Positions 50,397 to 59,812 are shown, numbered from the stretch's first letter. The stretch: 64,000 nucleotides of DNA from an uncultured Mollicutes bacterium (GCA_937875785.1 CALEGV010000072.1:4543-68542), one strand, 5' to 3'. The notes: a model not told the origin generated them from the sequence alone. Program-made: numbers and translations.

Positions 50397-50433
50397 TGCA
50401 AAATATGAAAATTTTCTTATTTTTTTCATTTTT

Positions 50434-50466
50434 AAAAAAAGCATTCTAATAAAAATATTAGCATGC
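50434..50466 (-). terminator. Rho-independent terminator after yqfD
   Basis: Minus strand reads GCATGCTAAT-ATTTTT-ATTAGAATGC with one mismatch, then TTTTTTTAAAA. It overlaps the stop codon. Confidence 0.6.
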
Positions 50467-51644
50467 TAAAAAGGTCGGTATTCGACAATATTTTCGTAGT
50501 AATTCACAAGATAAGAAAAAACATATTCTACATCATTTTCCGTACATTCCAATTCTTTTATTGAAACAATTTTTTCCTTTGCATCTATACGATTTTTTTC
50601 AAATTCTTGATGGATTTGAACTAGAGAGATTTTTCTAGACTCTTCTATAGAACGTATCATTTCTTGTGTTTTTTTCTCATAAACGATTGATTCAACCAAT
50701 TTTAATTTATTGAATATTGTTAAACAATTATTTCGCAAGATAGAATACTCTTCAAAACTATTTTTTATTTTTCCCATTTCTTTATCCCAAGCGATGAATT
50801 GATAACTTTTCAAAGTTTTTCCTGTATATAATTTCACCTTTTCTTTTTTTAAAATATGAATTTCCTGATATCGATACGTATTTCCAAGAACAATACCTTC
50901 TAATGGAACAAAATAATCTTTGTTATAAAGTTTTTCCATATGTTGTATATTACTTGTCACAATAACATCCCCTTTTTTTACAGTATCACCCGAAAACATC
51001 AAAACAATACCTGAATGAATTGCGATATAATCAATGCGACAATTATATTTGGCAATCAATTCTCCATACATCACGGAGGTTTGTTCTTGTGTTTCATCAA
51101 CATCTTGATGTTTGACTTCTATAATCAATTTTGATCCTTTTTTATAAACACCTACATAACCATAATAATAGTATTTTGTTCTTAGATTGGTGGATATTTG
51201 ATTTACACTACTTGTTAAATATAAGTATGGCCCAAACTTTTTGGTATATGCTTCAACACTTTGATACACATCTTCATCATAAAGAGAATGTTCACCAAAA
51301 GCAATTTCTCTTAAAAACAATTGATTTAGAAAAAACAAAAATATCAGTAAAACGATACCAATCATAGAAAGCTTTTTAAACATTGACTTCTGATGTACTT
51401 TTTTCTTAAGAATATTTTCTCTCTGATAAGGAATTTGTAATCGTTCGATTTTTTTTAAAACAGCATTGGTACAGTAAAAAGTAAGCATATCATCTTTTTT
51501 TTGTACATGATATAATCTATATTGTTGTATATTTGGTAAATATATAGCGCTAATTTGAATATAATTAGTTGCCCAAAAAAAGATCTTATTCTTTTTTTTC
51601 TTTTTTTTGAAACTCAACTTTTTCAATGTTTCCCGTAATTTCAA
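50466..51644 (-). CDS. yqfD: Sporulation protein YqfD-like (stage IV)
   Basis: About 390 aa. The architecture matches YqfD: an N-terminal roughly 90-aa domain, a single central TM (MIGIVLLIFLFFLNQLF), then a large C-terminal domain. It directly follows yqfC. The exact start is uncertain; the ORF-track start is TTG and overlaps yqfC by 59 nt. Confidence 0.6.
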   Translation of the reverse strand: MKLRETLKKLSFKKKKKKNKIFFWATNYIQISAIYLPNIQQYRLYHVQKKDDMLTFYCTNAVLKKIERLQIPYQRENILKKKVHQKSMFKKLSMIGIVLLIFLFFLNQLFLREIAFGEHSLYDEDVYQSVEAYTKKFGPYLYLTSSVNQISTNLRTKYYYYGYVGVYKKGSKLIIEVKHQDVDETQEQTSVMYGELIAKYNCRIDYIAIHSGIVLMFSGDTVKKGDVIVTSNIQHMEKLYNKDYFVPLEGIVLGNTYRYQEIHILKKEKVKLYTGKTLKSYQFIAWDKEMGKIKNSFEEYSILRNNCLTIFNKLKLVESIVYEKKTQEMIRSIEESRKISLVQIHQEFEKNRIDAKEKIVSIKELECTENDVEYVFSYLVNYYENIVEYRPF

Positions 51645-51834
51645 GATTATCCTCTTCCAATCGTGTAATTAATAATGTATCACCAATAATTTTTACAAAT
51701 GGCAATTCTATCAAGCAATTAGAAAAATCTAACACATCTTGATAATTAAAAATATATGCCTGAATACAATTTCCATCCTCATCAAAAAAGAATGACAACT
51801 TACTATTTTTAAGCATATGTTTTACTATTTTCAT
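51586..51834 (-). CDS. yqfC: Sporulation protein YqfC-like
   Basis: 82 aa. The pattern ...LIELPFVKIIGDTLLITRLEEDNLEITGNIEKVEF is like the YqfC family, and it lies upstream of yqfD. Confidence 0.6.
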   Translation of the reverse strand: MKIVKHMLKNSKLSFFFDEDGNCIQAYIFNYQDVLDFSNCLIELPFVKIIGDTLLITRLEEDNLEITGNIEKVEFQKKEKKE

Positions 51835-51875
51835 TGTATCACCACTTCATTATATACAAAAATTTGAGGAATATG

Positions 51876-51908
51876 AAAAATAAAAACTGCTAAACAAATT
51901 TAGCAGTT
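51876..51908 (-). terminator. Rho-independent terminator after rpsU
   Basis: Stem AACTGCTAAA / TTTAGCAGTT (51885-51894 / 51899-51908) with a 4-nt loop. The minus strand then reads TTTATTTTT. Confidence 0.75.
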
Positions 51909-51919
51909 AATTGTTAATA

Positions 51920-52102
51920 CTAGTGTGAACGATTTCCATTTTTTCTAGCAGCTCTTCTTTTTTCTTTACGAACATCGCTAGGTTTCATGTAATGTTGACG
52001 TTTGCGGGCTTCAACAAGGGTTCCAGATCTTGAAACATCTCGTTTGAATCTCTTTAAAGCTTCATCTAGTGTATCGTTTTCTCTCACAATTGTCTTTGGC
52101 AT
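51920..52102 (-). CDS. rpsU: 30S ribosomal protein S21
   Basis: [54 protein letters not shown]. Start moved to 52102. Confidence 0.93.
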   Translation of the reverse strand: MPKTIVRENDTLDEALKRFKRDVSRSGTLVEARKRQHYMKPSDVRKEKRRAARKNGNRSH

Positions 52103-52141
52103 TTTTCTAGTCACCCCTTTCAATTCCCAATTTGCAATAAC

Positions 52142-52170
52142 ATTATACTACTTTTTTTGCAATTTGTAAA
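52142..52170 (-). promoter_or_regulatory. Sigma-A type promoter of rpsU
   Basis: Minus strand reads TTTACA (52170-52165), 17 nt, TATAAT (52147-52142). Confidence 0.5.
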
Positions 52171-52230
52171 ATAAAGTGGTAAATTTTTTGTCAATATTTC
52201 CCAAGATTAAAATTTTTTTGCAAGAAATGT

Positions 52231-52851
52231 CTATATTTTATTTTTTATTTGTTTTAAAAGCATTTCAAACGCATTCCTTCGATGACTAATTTTATTTTTT
52301 TGGGCCTCATCTAATAAGCCAAGTGGCATATGTATACTACTAACTTGAAAAATAGAGTCATAGCCAAACCCATTATTTCCTATTTCTTTTTCCAATATTG
52401 CTCCTTGAAGAATTCCCGTTCCAGCTAAAATATTTATGCCATCATAATATATCATATCACATTGATAGTATGCATCACGATGAACGATTTCTTTCATTTC
52501 CAGCAGCAATTTTTCACGATTGTCTTTATCACTTGCATCTTTAGAAGTGTGACTTGCATACCTTGCACTATAAATTCCAGGCTTACCATCCAAAGCTTCT
52601 ACTACTAAGCCAGAATCATCAGTAATAACAGGAATTTTATATACATCAAAATAATATTTGGCTTTGATGAGCGCATTGTCATAAAAACTATTTCCATCCT
52701 CAATCGGTTCTTCAAAATAAGGCATTTCTTCAAGCGAAATCAATTCAATAGGATTTTCTCCCATAATCTCTGTGCATATTTCCCTTAACTCTCTTACCTT
52801 GTCTTTATTTTTTGTTCCTAATAATATTACCATATACTCCTTACCTATCAT
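52231..52851 (-). CDS. rdgB: Non-canonical purine NTP pyrophosphatase (RdgB/HAM1 family)
   Basis: Contains ILLGTKNKDKVRELREI, ...DDSGLVVEALDGKPGIYSARY and ...GFGYDSIF...ISHRRNAF. The start is ambiguous between 52851 and the internal MVILLG at 52833. Confidence 0.85.
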   Translation of the reverse strand: MIGKEYMVILLGTKNKDKVRELREICTEIMGENPIELISLEEMPYFEEPIEDGNSFYDNALIKAKYYFDVYKIPVITDDSGLVVEALDGKPGIYSARYASHTSKDASDKDNREKLLLEMKEIVHRDAYYQCDMIYYDGINILAGTGILQGAILEKEIGNNGFGYDSIFQVSSIHMPLGLLDEAQKNKISHRRNAFEMLLKQIKNKI

Positions 52852-52909
52852 TTGTGTTATGCCAATAGTATATCACAAATTTATCCAAAAAGAAAGAAAA
52901 GAACATTTG

Positions 52910-53767
52910 CTAGTTCTTCACTTCAGCAAATGTTTTTTCATATAATGTAATATCATTTCCATTGATAGTTAATTTATCAACATCAAGATTAAGCAAAACT
53001 GTTTGTTCTAAGCTGTTTTTGGTTGGCTCATCAAGTTCACTAATGGATTCAAACTTGATAACTAAACAATTATTTGCCAATTCATATTCATACGTAACTG
53101 GCTGATTCCCTGTTTTTTGCATAATTTTATTAATTAAAAAATCACATTGTTGTTGAGTATCATAAAAGTACGTGACTGGATATATGATTTCATCCTGATA
53201 ATAGACAATGGTTGAGTAATCAGCTTCTAATAAATAGGATGTCTCATATGTAAAATTTACGCCACCATCCTTTGATATTTTTCTAAAACGATAATCATTG
53301 ATAGACGTAATTTGTTCTTCATCAACTTTCAATATAATTTCTTTGATTTCATCGTTGCAAAATGTCCAAGCAAGCGAGTCAGTTGCAAGTTTTCCTGCTG
53401 AACGTAAAATATCATCAGAAACATAAAGTACTAGCTTTTCATTTTCTACTTCATAATGATCTAAAATGGCGGTTGGAGTAATTGGGGATGAATATCCAGA
53501 TGGAATTTTATCCATACTACTAGTCAATAAATTCCATTTTTGTCTAATTTCATCTTCTTCTATTTTATCCACATATACTTTTACACCAACCAATTTATTC
53601 TTATCATTTACAACAAAAATTCTTTGGTATTCAGTTTGAGTAACGGGAGAGCCATCAACTGGCAATTTGCCAAACCACTTCTGATATGTTTTCTTAGGAA
53701 TTGCAATGGCTGTAATGACTATAGCTAAAACAAGTAGGCCAATACAAATAAAAATTTTCTTTTTCAT
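52910..53767 (-). CDS. gerM: GerM-like membrane-anchored protein (two GerMN-like domains)
   Basis: 285 aa with an N-terminal anchor (IFICIGLLVLAIVITAIAI). GerMN-like pattern RIFVVNDKNKLVGVKVYV...LDHYEVENEKLVLYVSDDI. It neighbours rdgB as gerM does in B. subtilis. Confidence 0.4.
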   Translation of the reverse strand: MKKKIFICIGLLVLAIVITAIAIPKKTYQKWFGKLPVDGSPVTQTEYQRIFVVNDKNKLVGVKVYVDKIEEDEIRQKWNLLTSSMDKIPSGYSSPITPTAILDHYEVENEKLVLYVSDDILRSAGKLATDSLAWTFCNDEIKEIILKVDEEQITSINDYRFRKISKDGGVNFTYETSYLLEADYSTIVYYQDEIIYPVTYFYDTQQQCDFLINKIMQKTGNQPVTYEYELANNCLVIKFESISELDEPTKNSLEQTVLLNLDVDKLTINGNDITLYEKTFAEVKN

Positions 53768-53868
53768 ACTTCACCTCACAATTCATTGTATTCATCATTC
53801 ATTTTTATATTACAATATGTTTTATTTTTTTTAATTTTATGATATAATAATATTGGAGGTATAAAAAT

Positions 53869-54819
53869 ATGTTATATATTACTGATGCATATAAACTTGT
53901 TAGCACTTATAGTCTTATTTTACTCATCATCACTGTATTAGCAATTGGCTTTGCAATTCTCTATGTCTTGTATTTGAAACCTAAAATGCAATTTGAATCT
54001 TCAGAAATAGAAGTGATTGAGCCAATCACAAGGAAAAAATCATGGATAGGTATTGCTGCATACTTTGGATGTTTCTACATCATTGCCATAATCATTCAAA
54101 CCATTATTGTAACGGTTTATTTATTATCGACCGGACAGACAGAATTAGTGGAAGAATCAAGTGATTATTTGACAATTCTCAATTTATGTAATTTTGCAAC
54201 ATATATTGTCACCGCAGTTGCCTTAATTCCAATTGTTTTTAAAGAAATAAAGGTAGATTATGCGCAATACAAGACTGAGAAAAAATTTTATCTTGGTTGG
54301 TGGGGAAAAGGCATTCTTATTATGTATGCACTAATTTTTCTAACAAATATTTTATCTAATATTTTTTCAATGGGATTAGATACTGATGGTATATCGGAAA
54401 ATCAGGCAATAATTGATAAAATTATGAACAGTGGGGTTGGCAATATGTTGTTAATGGGACTGGTAACGGTTATTTTGGCACCAATTATTGAGGAAATTGT
54501 CTTTAGAAAATGTTTATTTGGAATTTTTAAGAAAAATACCATGCTAACCGTCATTATTTCCACATTTATTTTTGCGGGGATACATGTTATTCCAGCATGT
54601 ATAACCATTCTTGGCAATATGGTTCAAAATCAAGCAACCGTAATTGACTTGTATCTAGAATTCATTTGTATTTTTGGGTATTTAGGTCAAGCATTTGCAA
54701 TTTCCTTTGTATACTACAAATCAAAGCAAAATATAATTCCTTGTATTTTGATACACTTTACAAATAATTTTATTGCATTTCTTGCAACAATATTGCTACA
54801 ATTTCTTCCAATGGCTTAA
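53869..54819 (+). CDS. CPBP family intramembrane glutamic endopeptidase (CAAX protease/Abi)
   Basis: 316 aa, polytopic. Motif 1 APIIEEIVFR (EExxxR), motif 2 FAGIH (FxxxH), motif 3 ILIHFTNN (HxxxN). Confidence 0.85.
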   Translation: MLYITDAYKLVSTYSLILLIITVLAIGFAILYVLYLKPKMQFESSEIEVIEPITRKKSWIGIAAYFGCFYIIAIIIQTIIVTVYLLSTGQTELVEESSDYLTILNLCNFATYIVTAVALIPIVFKEIKVDYAQYKTEKKFYLGWWGKGILIMYALIFLTNILSNIFSMGLDTDGISENQAIIDKIMNSGVGNMLLMGLVTVILAPIIEEIVFRKCLFGIFKKNTMLTVIISTFIFAGIHVIPACITILGNMVQNQATVIDLYLEFICIFGYLGQAFAISFVYYKSKQNIIPCILIHFTNNFIAFLATILLQFLPMA

Positions 54820-54832
54820 TATGTAAAGATAA

Positions 54833-54862
54833 TAAAAAAATGGTGAAAACACCATTTTTTTA
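54833..54862. terminator. Bidirectional terminator between the CPBP protease gene and hup
   Basis: Stem AATGGTG / CACCATT (54839-54845 / 54850-54856) with loop AAAA, flanked by an A-run and a T-run. Confidence 0.7.
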
Positions 54863-55135
54863 TTTATTTATATAATCTTTTAATTTCTTACTTGATGAAA
54901 AGCGAATTTTATAACTTCCATTAATTGATAATTTAGCACCTGTGGAAGGATTAATGCCATTGTACCCTTCTTGATAATATTTTTCAAATGTACCAAAACC
55001 AGTTAAAACAACCTTGCCATCTTTCTCTAGTCCTTCAGTTATTTCGCTTAAAACATCATTCACAATATTTTCAATATCAACATACTTAAAATTATTTTTA
55101 CGATGGATGTTCTTTATTAATTCACTTTTTGTCAT
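54860..55135 (-). CDS. hup: HU family DNA-binding protein
   Basis: 91 aa. Contains MTKSELIKNI...VLTGFGTFEKY...GINPSTGAKLSI...FSSSKKLKD. Confidence 0.9.
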   Translation of the reverse strand: MTKSELIKNIHRKNNFKYVDIENIVNDVLSEITEGLEKDGKVVLTGFGTFEKYYQEGYNGINPSTGAKLSINGSYKIRFSSSKKLKDYINK

Positions 55136-55206
55136 TTTTAATCACCATATTAATTATACAAAAAATCACTTATTTTTTCAAGTAAAAAGCCTATTTCTAT
55201 ATATTT

Positions 55207-56685
55207 TTATAACACAATTGCAATTAGTCCACCCTTACCATAGTTAACGATTTTCTCCATTGTTGTTTGGAATTTTTCAAGAACTTGATCAGGGACTGCG
55301 TTCATTTTTGCTCTAACGCCATCACTAATTACATCACACAATTTACGACCAAAAATTTCACTATTCCATAACTTTGTTGGCTCATTTTCGTAGTCATCAA
55401 TCATATGATTTAACAATTCCTCTGCTTGTTCTTTTGAACCTATAATTGGTTCGAAAGAGGATTCTACATTGATTTTGACTAATTGTAACATAGAAGCATT
55501 CGCCTTTATCTTGATTCCATATCGACTGCCTTCTTTTAACAACTCTGGGGTAGACAATTCCATATCCTCTGTTTGTGGCATAGAAATGCCATATCCCAAT
55601 TGTTCTACCTTTTCAATTGAACTACCCACCATTTCATATACATGTTTTGCCTTTTTCAATTCTTGAAGGGTCTCAATGAACTTTGTCTTATCATCAATTG
55701 GTTCACCGATAATTTCCTGTAAAACAAGATTGTATATTTCATCTGAACAAGAAATATCAATATCAACAACTCCTGTTCCTGAATCAATATTGGCAATATT
55801 TACTTCGCTAAACAAATCACTCTCTTTTAGAGTATCTTGAATTCTAAAGGCATCTTTCATTTTTCTAAATGAGCCTGTTGTCTGATTTACTAAATCATTA
55901 AATTTGGTTTTATATTCTATCGAATCATCAAGACTATTTACCCAACTAGGTACCTCTAAATTCAATTCGCTAATATCAAATTCATTAATTGCTGTTTTTA
56001 AAATATTGTCAATATCATTTTCTTCCATATTTGCGACATCAATAGCAATTACACTTACTCCATATTTTTCCTCTAATGAATTTAACAATTCTTTTGTTTC
56101 TGGCGCATCAGGTTTAATCGTATTGATCACTAAAATAAAAGGTTTATTGTATCTTTGTAATTCTTCAATAACAAGTTCCTCTACTTTTTCATATTCTTCA
56201 CGAGTAAACTCGCCAAAACTTCCATCACTACTCATAACAATTCCAATGTTTGAATGTGATTCAATTACTTTTTCAGTTCCGAGTTTTGCGGCATCCTCAA
56301 AAGGAATGGCATCACTAAACCAAGGTGTCTGGACTAACCTTGTTGTACCATCTTCATTTAAATACCCTTTTGAGCTAGGTATAATATGTCCAACACAATC
56401 TACCAAGCGTACTTGAAAAGAAATATCATTTTCAATGGTAATTTTTACAGTGTTACTAGGAATAAATTTAGGTTCTACTGTCATGATCGTCTTTCCTTCA
56501 CTACTCTGTGGTAATTCATCTTGAATTTTCTCATAAGTAAATTGATCATGAACTAAAGGCAAAACCTTTTTTTCAACAAATCTTCTGATAAAAGTTGACT
56601 TACCACTTCTAACTGACCCTACTACTCCTATGTAAACTTCTCCTTTGGTTCGAGATACAACATCTCTTAATACACTATTACTCAT
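55207..56685 (-). CDS. spoIVA: Stage IV sporulation protein A (spore coat basement-layer ATPase)
   Basis: 492 aa. Walker A in YIGVVGSVRSGKSTFIRRF. The SpoIVA-specific C-terminus is YGKGGLIAIVL. It is adjacent to hup as in B. subtilis. Confidence 0.9.
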   Translation of the reverse strand: MSNSVLRDVVSRTKGEVYIGVVGSVRSGKSTFIRRFVEKKVLPLVHDQFTYEKIQDELPQSSEGKTIMTVEPKFIPSNTVKITIENDISFQVRLVDCVGHIIPSSKGYLNEDGTTRLVQTPWFSDAIPFEDAAKLGTEKVIESHSNIGIVMSSDGSFGEFTREEYEKVEELVIEELQRYNKPFILVINTIKPDAPETKELLNSLEEKYGVSVIAIDVANMEENDIDNILKTAINEFDISELNLEVPSWVNSLDDSIEYKTKFNDLVNQTTGSFRKMKDAFRIQDTLKESDLFSEVNIANIDSGTGVVDIDISCSDEIYNLVLQEIIGEPIDDKTKFIETLQELKKAKHVYEMVGSSIEKVEQLGYGISMPQTEDMELSTPELLKEGSRYGIKIKANASMLQLVKINVESSFEPIIGSKEQAEELLNHMIDDYENEPTKLWNSEIFGRKLCDVISDGVRAKMNAVPDQVLEKFQTTMEKIVNYGKGGLIAIVL

Positions 56686-56726
56686 AAATTTATCCTCCTA
56701 TGGTTTAATTTATGAGTAATAAATTA

Positions 56727-56758
56727 AAAATATGAACAGTTTATCACTTTTTTTATAC
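56727..56758 (-). promoter_or_regulatory. Candidate sigma-E-type (mother-cell) promoter upstream of spoIVA
   Basis: Minus strand reads GTATAAA (56758-56752), 17 nt, CATATTTT (56734-56727). The B. subtilis sigma-E consensus is roughly kmATAxx, 16-18 nt, CATACAhT. The element lies about 42 nt upstream of the ATG. Confidence 0.3.
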
Positions 56759-56763
56759 TTTTT

Positions 56764-56801
56764 AAAATTAAAACTCCAATTTTGATTATTCAAAACTGGA
56801 G
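56764..56801 (-). terminator. Rho-independent terminator after the DUF402 gene
   Basis: Stem CTCCAGTTTTGA / TCAAAATTGGAG on the minus strand with one wobble pair, then TTTTAATTTT. Confidence 0.7.
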
Positions 56802-56806
56802 CATCT

Positions 56807-57358
56807 CTACCTAAGTGTTTTTTTCTTTTTTCGATCTAGTTGTTTTCGTAAATTCTTGTAAATTTCAAAATCTTTCATAACCACATCTGAGTTAAATGAT
56901 AAAATTTGGTTATCAATCCTTTTTAATAAAATTTGTAATTCATTTTCAATAATAGCAGTAAGTTTTTCTCCATATCCATAATCTATCTTGTTAAAGTCAA
57001 ATTCATCACGGTCAAGAACAACTTTATCACCACTTGGAAAAACTTTTACATCTAAATCGTAGTCAATATATTTAACACCTTCGGCATCCCGAACATAAGG
57101 TGAACTGAGATTACAATAATAATAAATAGAATTATTACGTAACATACAAATTATATTGAACCAGTAATTTTTGAAAAAGTAGCATACTGCTGGCTCTTTC
57201 GTTTTCCACCTACGACCATCACCATCAATTACATTGGTATGATCATTTACTAATACAATCATATCGCTTGTTTGTCTAATGACATAAGCATATTGCCACA
57301 CGCGATGAAGAACACCATTATGTTTATAACTGATAATTTGGGTTCTGTTATCTAACAT
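56807..57358 (-). CDS. DUF402/UPF0374 family nucleoside tri-/diphosphate phosphatase (YgaC/Ntdp-like)
   Basis: 183 aa. Contains SYKHNGVLHRVW..., ...YYCNLSSP and ...KYIDYDLDVKV...LDRDEF, typical of DUF402. Confidence 0.7.
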   Translation of the reverse strand: MLDNRTQIISYKHNGVLHRVWQYAYVIRQTSDMIVLVNDHTNVIDGDGRRWKTKEPAVCYFFKNYWFNIICMLRNNSIYYYCNLSSPYVRDAEGVKYIDYDLDVKVFPSGDKVVLDRDEFDFNKIDYGYGEKLTAIIENELQILLKRIDNQILSFNSDVVMKDFEIYKNLRKQLDRKKKKTLR

Positions 57359-57433
57359 AATTTCCTTCTTTCTAAACTCATCTTTATTATATCAAAAAAA
57401 ATGAAAATTTCAAAGCAAAACGATTAGTAAATT

Positions 57434-57479
57434 TAAAAATAAAAACTGTAACATTGAAATCAATCAATATTACAGTTTT
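57434..57479 (-). terminator. Rho-independent terminator after the nuclease lipoprotein gene
   Basis: 16-bp stem AAAACTGTAATATTGA / TCAATGTTACAGTTTT on the minus strand with one mismatch, then TATTTTTAAA. Confidence 0.7.
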
Positions 57480-57490
57480 ATACATCATGA

Positions 57491-58828
57491 TTAACCCCAT
57501 ATCATATCAACAAATTCTGGATAATCAATAAACGGATTACGATTGTTTTGAATTTGATAACTTCTTTCATTGCGCAATCTTTCAAATTCGGATACAGGAT
57601 CCAAACGATTCCATTCCAATAATAATTCTAATGATTCTGCAGCTCTAGTTATATTCCAGCTGTCAGCATCACTATAACGCGTAATCATATAAAGATAAAT
57701 TCTTGCAACATCTCCTTTGACTGAATCAAGTGGCTCAAAATAATTTGAATCATATGTTGCAACAACCAAACCATTATATTTTACCTCTTTGCCATTTGTA
57801 ACTTTTCCAATTTTGAGATTTGATCTAGTGCTATTCACACGACTATCAGTCGGTCTAATATGATGAATATCTGAACCTGGACCACTCTCATAATATCCCC
57901 AACCTATACTTTTGGGAATAACGTGTTCACGATTCCATGTATTGCCACTATCCCATTTTGCACTAACGGATTGTTGTGAATAGAATAAAATTAAATTACC
58001 AGGAATTTCAGGGTCAGCATCTGTATATCCTAACCCATTATTTGAATTACGCAATTGGTCATAAGTTGTACTCTTTACCCCAGTTGATATAATTTCCCGT
58101 AATTTCAATTTAAGAGCATTCCCTGCTGGCAAGCTTCCTGTAGAATCTAATAAGGATTGATAATAAGCTGTTAATTCGATTGTTGTACCTTGACTTTTTT
58201 CTTTCCAAGAAGCTACAAGAGTTGTATCAGATAAAATTGGTGTCGTAAAACTAAAAATTAATCCCTCACTTAACCAACAGACGAATTCATATCCATCTTT
58301 AGTAGGACGTTCTGGTTCAATTGCACATTCACCTTTTTTCATAATTTGTGGAGGAATACTTGATCCACCATTAGTATCAAATATAACAGCACACTCCTCA
58401 TCATCTGTTTTATTTACCACAGTAAAAGAAATTTTCTCACTATATTTTGAATCTATATTTCTTGTATTTTTATCTGCAATTGCTCTTACAGCAACTCGAT
58501 ATTCTCCCGTTTCATAACGCTCATTTGTAGCAATTTTTTCTAAAATATATCCTTCGATTACATCTTCAAAGGTAACCTTACCGACTGCCATAGGGCTTGT
58601 ACTACCTCCCTTAAAGACCCTAACATCATACTGAATGGCATCTTCCACTTCATCAAAAAATAAGATATGCAAATCTTCATAGTTTACAATTCGCAAATTG
58701 ATTGGCGCATCTAATTCTTTAAAAAGATATTCTCCAGTATTACCAGTTGTAGTACATCCAATAAGGCTTATAAATTGAAAGAAGACCAAAAATAATAATA
58801 GATACTTTATTTTTTTCATTTTAATCAC
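57491..58828 (-). CDS. Extracellular endonuclease I (EndA/NucM/Bsn) family nuclease lipoprotein with an N-terminal Ig/FN3-like domain and one Listeria-Bacteroides repeat
   Basis: Lipobox FISLIGC. Repeat segment: AVIFDTNGGSSIP...PTKDGYEFVCWLSEG...DTTLVASWKEK. Nuclease core: NREHVIPKS, DIHHIRPTDSRVNSTRSN, KGDVARIYLYMITRY, NRNPFIDYPE. Confidence 0.75.
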   Translation of the reverse strand: MIKMKKIKYLLLFLVFFQFISLIGCTTTGNTGEYLFKELDAPINLRIVNYEDLHILFFDEVEDAIQYDVRVFKGGSTSPMAVGKVTFEDVIEGYILEKIATNERYETGEYRVAVRAIADKNTRNIDSKYSEKISFTVVNKTDDEECAVIFDTNGGSSIPPQIMKKGECAIEPERPTKDGYEFVCWLSEGLIFSFTTPILSDTTLVASWKEKSQGTTIELTAYYQSLLDSTGSLPAGNALKLKLREIISTGVKSTTYDQLRNSNNGLGYTDADPEIPGNLILFYSQQSVSAKWDSGNTWNREHVIPKSIGWGYYESGPGSDIHHIRPTDSRVNSTRSNLKIGKVTNGKEVKYNGLVVATYDSNYFEPLDSVKGDVARIYLYMITRYSDADSWNITRAAESLELLLEWNRLDPVSEFERLRNERSYQIQNNRNPFIDYPEFVDMIWG

Positions 58829-58879
58829 CCGTTACATTATATCAAATTTTGTCATTGTTTGCAAGTAAAATATTTAAAT

Positions 58880-59758
58880 TTAACTCTTTCGGAAATCATC
58901 TGTTACTGGGGCTTCAATATATAGATTTTCAAAGGTAATTGGATGGTGAAAAAGCATCGTTTTACAATGTAACATCACTCTTTGATTTGTTTTTGCTCCA
59001 TACAATTTATCTCCAATTAGGGGATGTCCAATGGTTGCCATATGTACTCTAATTTGATGTGTTCTTCCTGTGTCAATTCTTATTTCCAACAATGTTTTAT
59101 CTTTTTTTACTGATAATGGTTTGTAATACGTATGTGCTGTTTTCCCTTTAGAATGGGTAATCATTTTACCATTGACATGACGATCCTTACCTATGGGAAA
59201 GTTGATTTCTCCACTTTCTTCAATTATTCCTTCAACATATGCCCAATATGTTTTTTCAATCTGGTGATTTTCAAAAAGTTTACACATTGCGCTATGTGTA
59301 ATTAAATCTTTTGCAAAAATTAAGCAACCACTAGTATCTTTATCTAGTCTATGGCACTGCCTTATAGATAAGTTAAGTCCCTTTTTTGCATAATAGTTCG
59401 CTACAAAATTTACAATCGTTGAATGACCGCGATGATTTTCTGGATAAATGATATAACCAGGAGGTTTGTTTATAATGAGTAAATATTCATCTTCATATAA
59501 AATTTTTAGTTCATACGCTTCAGGAAGATAATCTAATTTTTCAAAATTACTGATGTCAATCATTAGATAATCATTCACTTTTAAAATCTGATTTTCATCG
59601 CTTATTTCCCCATTTACATAACAACATTGATTCTCAAACAAATATTTTATTTTAGATGATGAAAGTCCATACGTTTTAAGTATGGATTGTATTGTTTTTT
59701 TATGCATTTCTTTGGTTATTTTAGCATTGAAATAAGTTTCACTCATAAGATATTCCAT
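58880..59758 (-). CDS. RluA-family 23S rRNA/tRNA pseudouridine synthase (RluD-like)
   Basis: 292 aa. An S4-like N-terminus is followed by HRLDKDTSGCLIFAKD and GRTHQIRVHM. The RBS is GGAGGTG. Confidence 0.85.
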   Translation of the reverse strand: MEYLMSETYFNAKITKEMHKKTIQSILKTYGLSSSKIKYLFENQCCYVNGEISDENQILKVNDYLMIDISNFEKLDYLPEAYELKILYEDEYLLIINKPPGYIIYPENHRGHSTIVNFVANYYAKKGLNLSIRQCHRLDKDTSGCLIFAKDLITHSAMCKLFENHQIEKTYWAYVEGIIEESGEINFPIGKDRHVNGKMITHSKGKTAHTYYKPLSVKKDKTLLEIRIDTGRTHQIRVHMATIGHPLIGDKLYGAKTNQRVMLHCKTMLFHHPITFENLYIEAPVTDDFRKS

Positions 59759-59770
59759 TATTTCACCTCC

Positions 59771-59807
59771 AAAATATAAACCATAAGTAAATACATACTT
59801 ATGGTTT
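59771..59807 (-). terminator. Terminator-like hairpin after the spoIIIAH-like gene
   Basis: Stem AAACCATAAGTA / TACTTATGGTTT (59778-59789 / 59796-59807) with a 6-nt loop. The minus strand then reads ATATTTT. Confidence 0.6.
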
Positions 59808-59812
59808 TATGC

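Noticed and set aside
51586-51644. The 59-nt yqfC/yqfD overlap containing two A8 tracts, as a possible programmed frameshift or slippage site
   Set aside because: The overlap depends on a TTG start chosen by the ORF finder. An internal start within the KKKKKKNK region would give a normal short overlap, and the homology-like N-terminus (KNKIFFW...) begins after the tracts. Nothing requires frameshifting.
53869-54819. The CPBP/Abi protease as a bacteriocin-immunity or abortive-infection module
   Set aside because: It is a single gene between gerM-like and hup, with no adjacent bacteriocin, toxin or regulator gene. Stand-alone CPBP genes are common.
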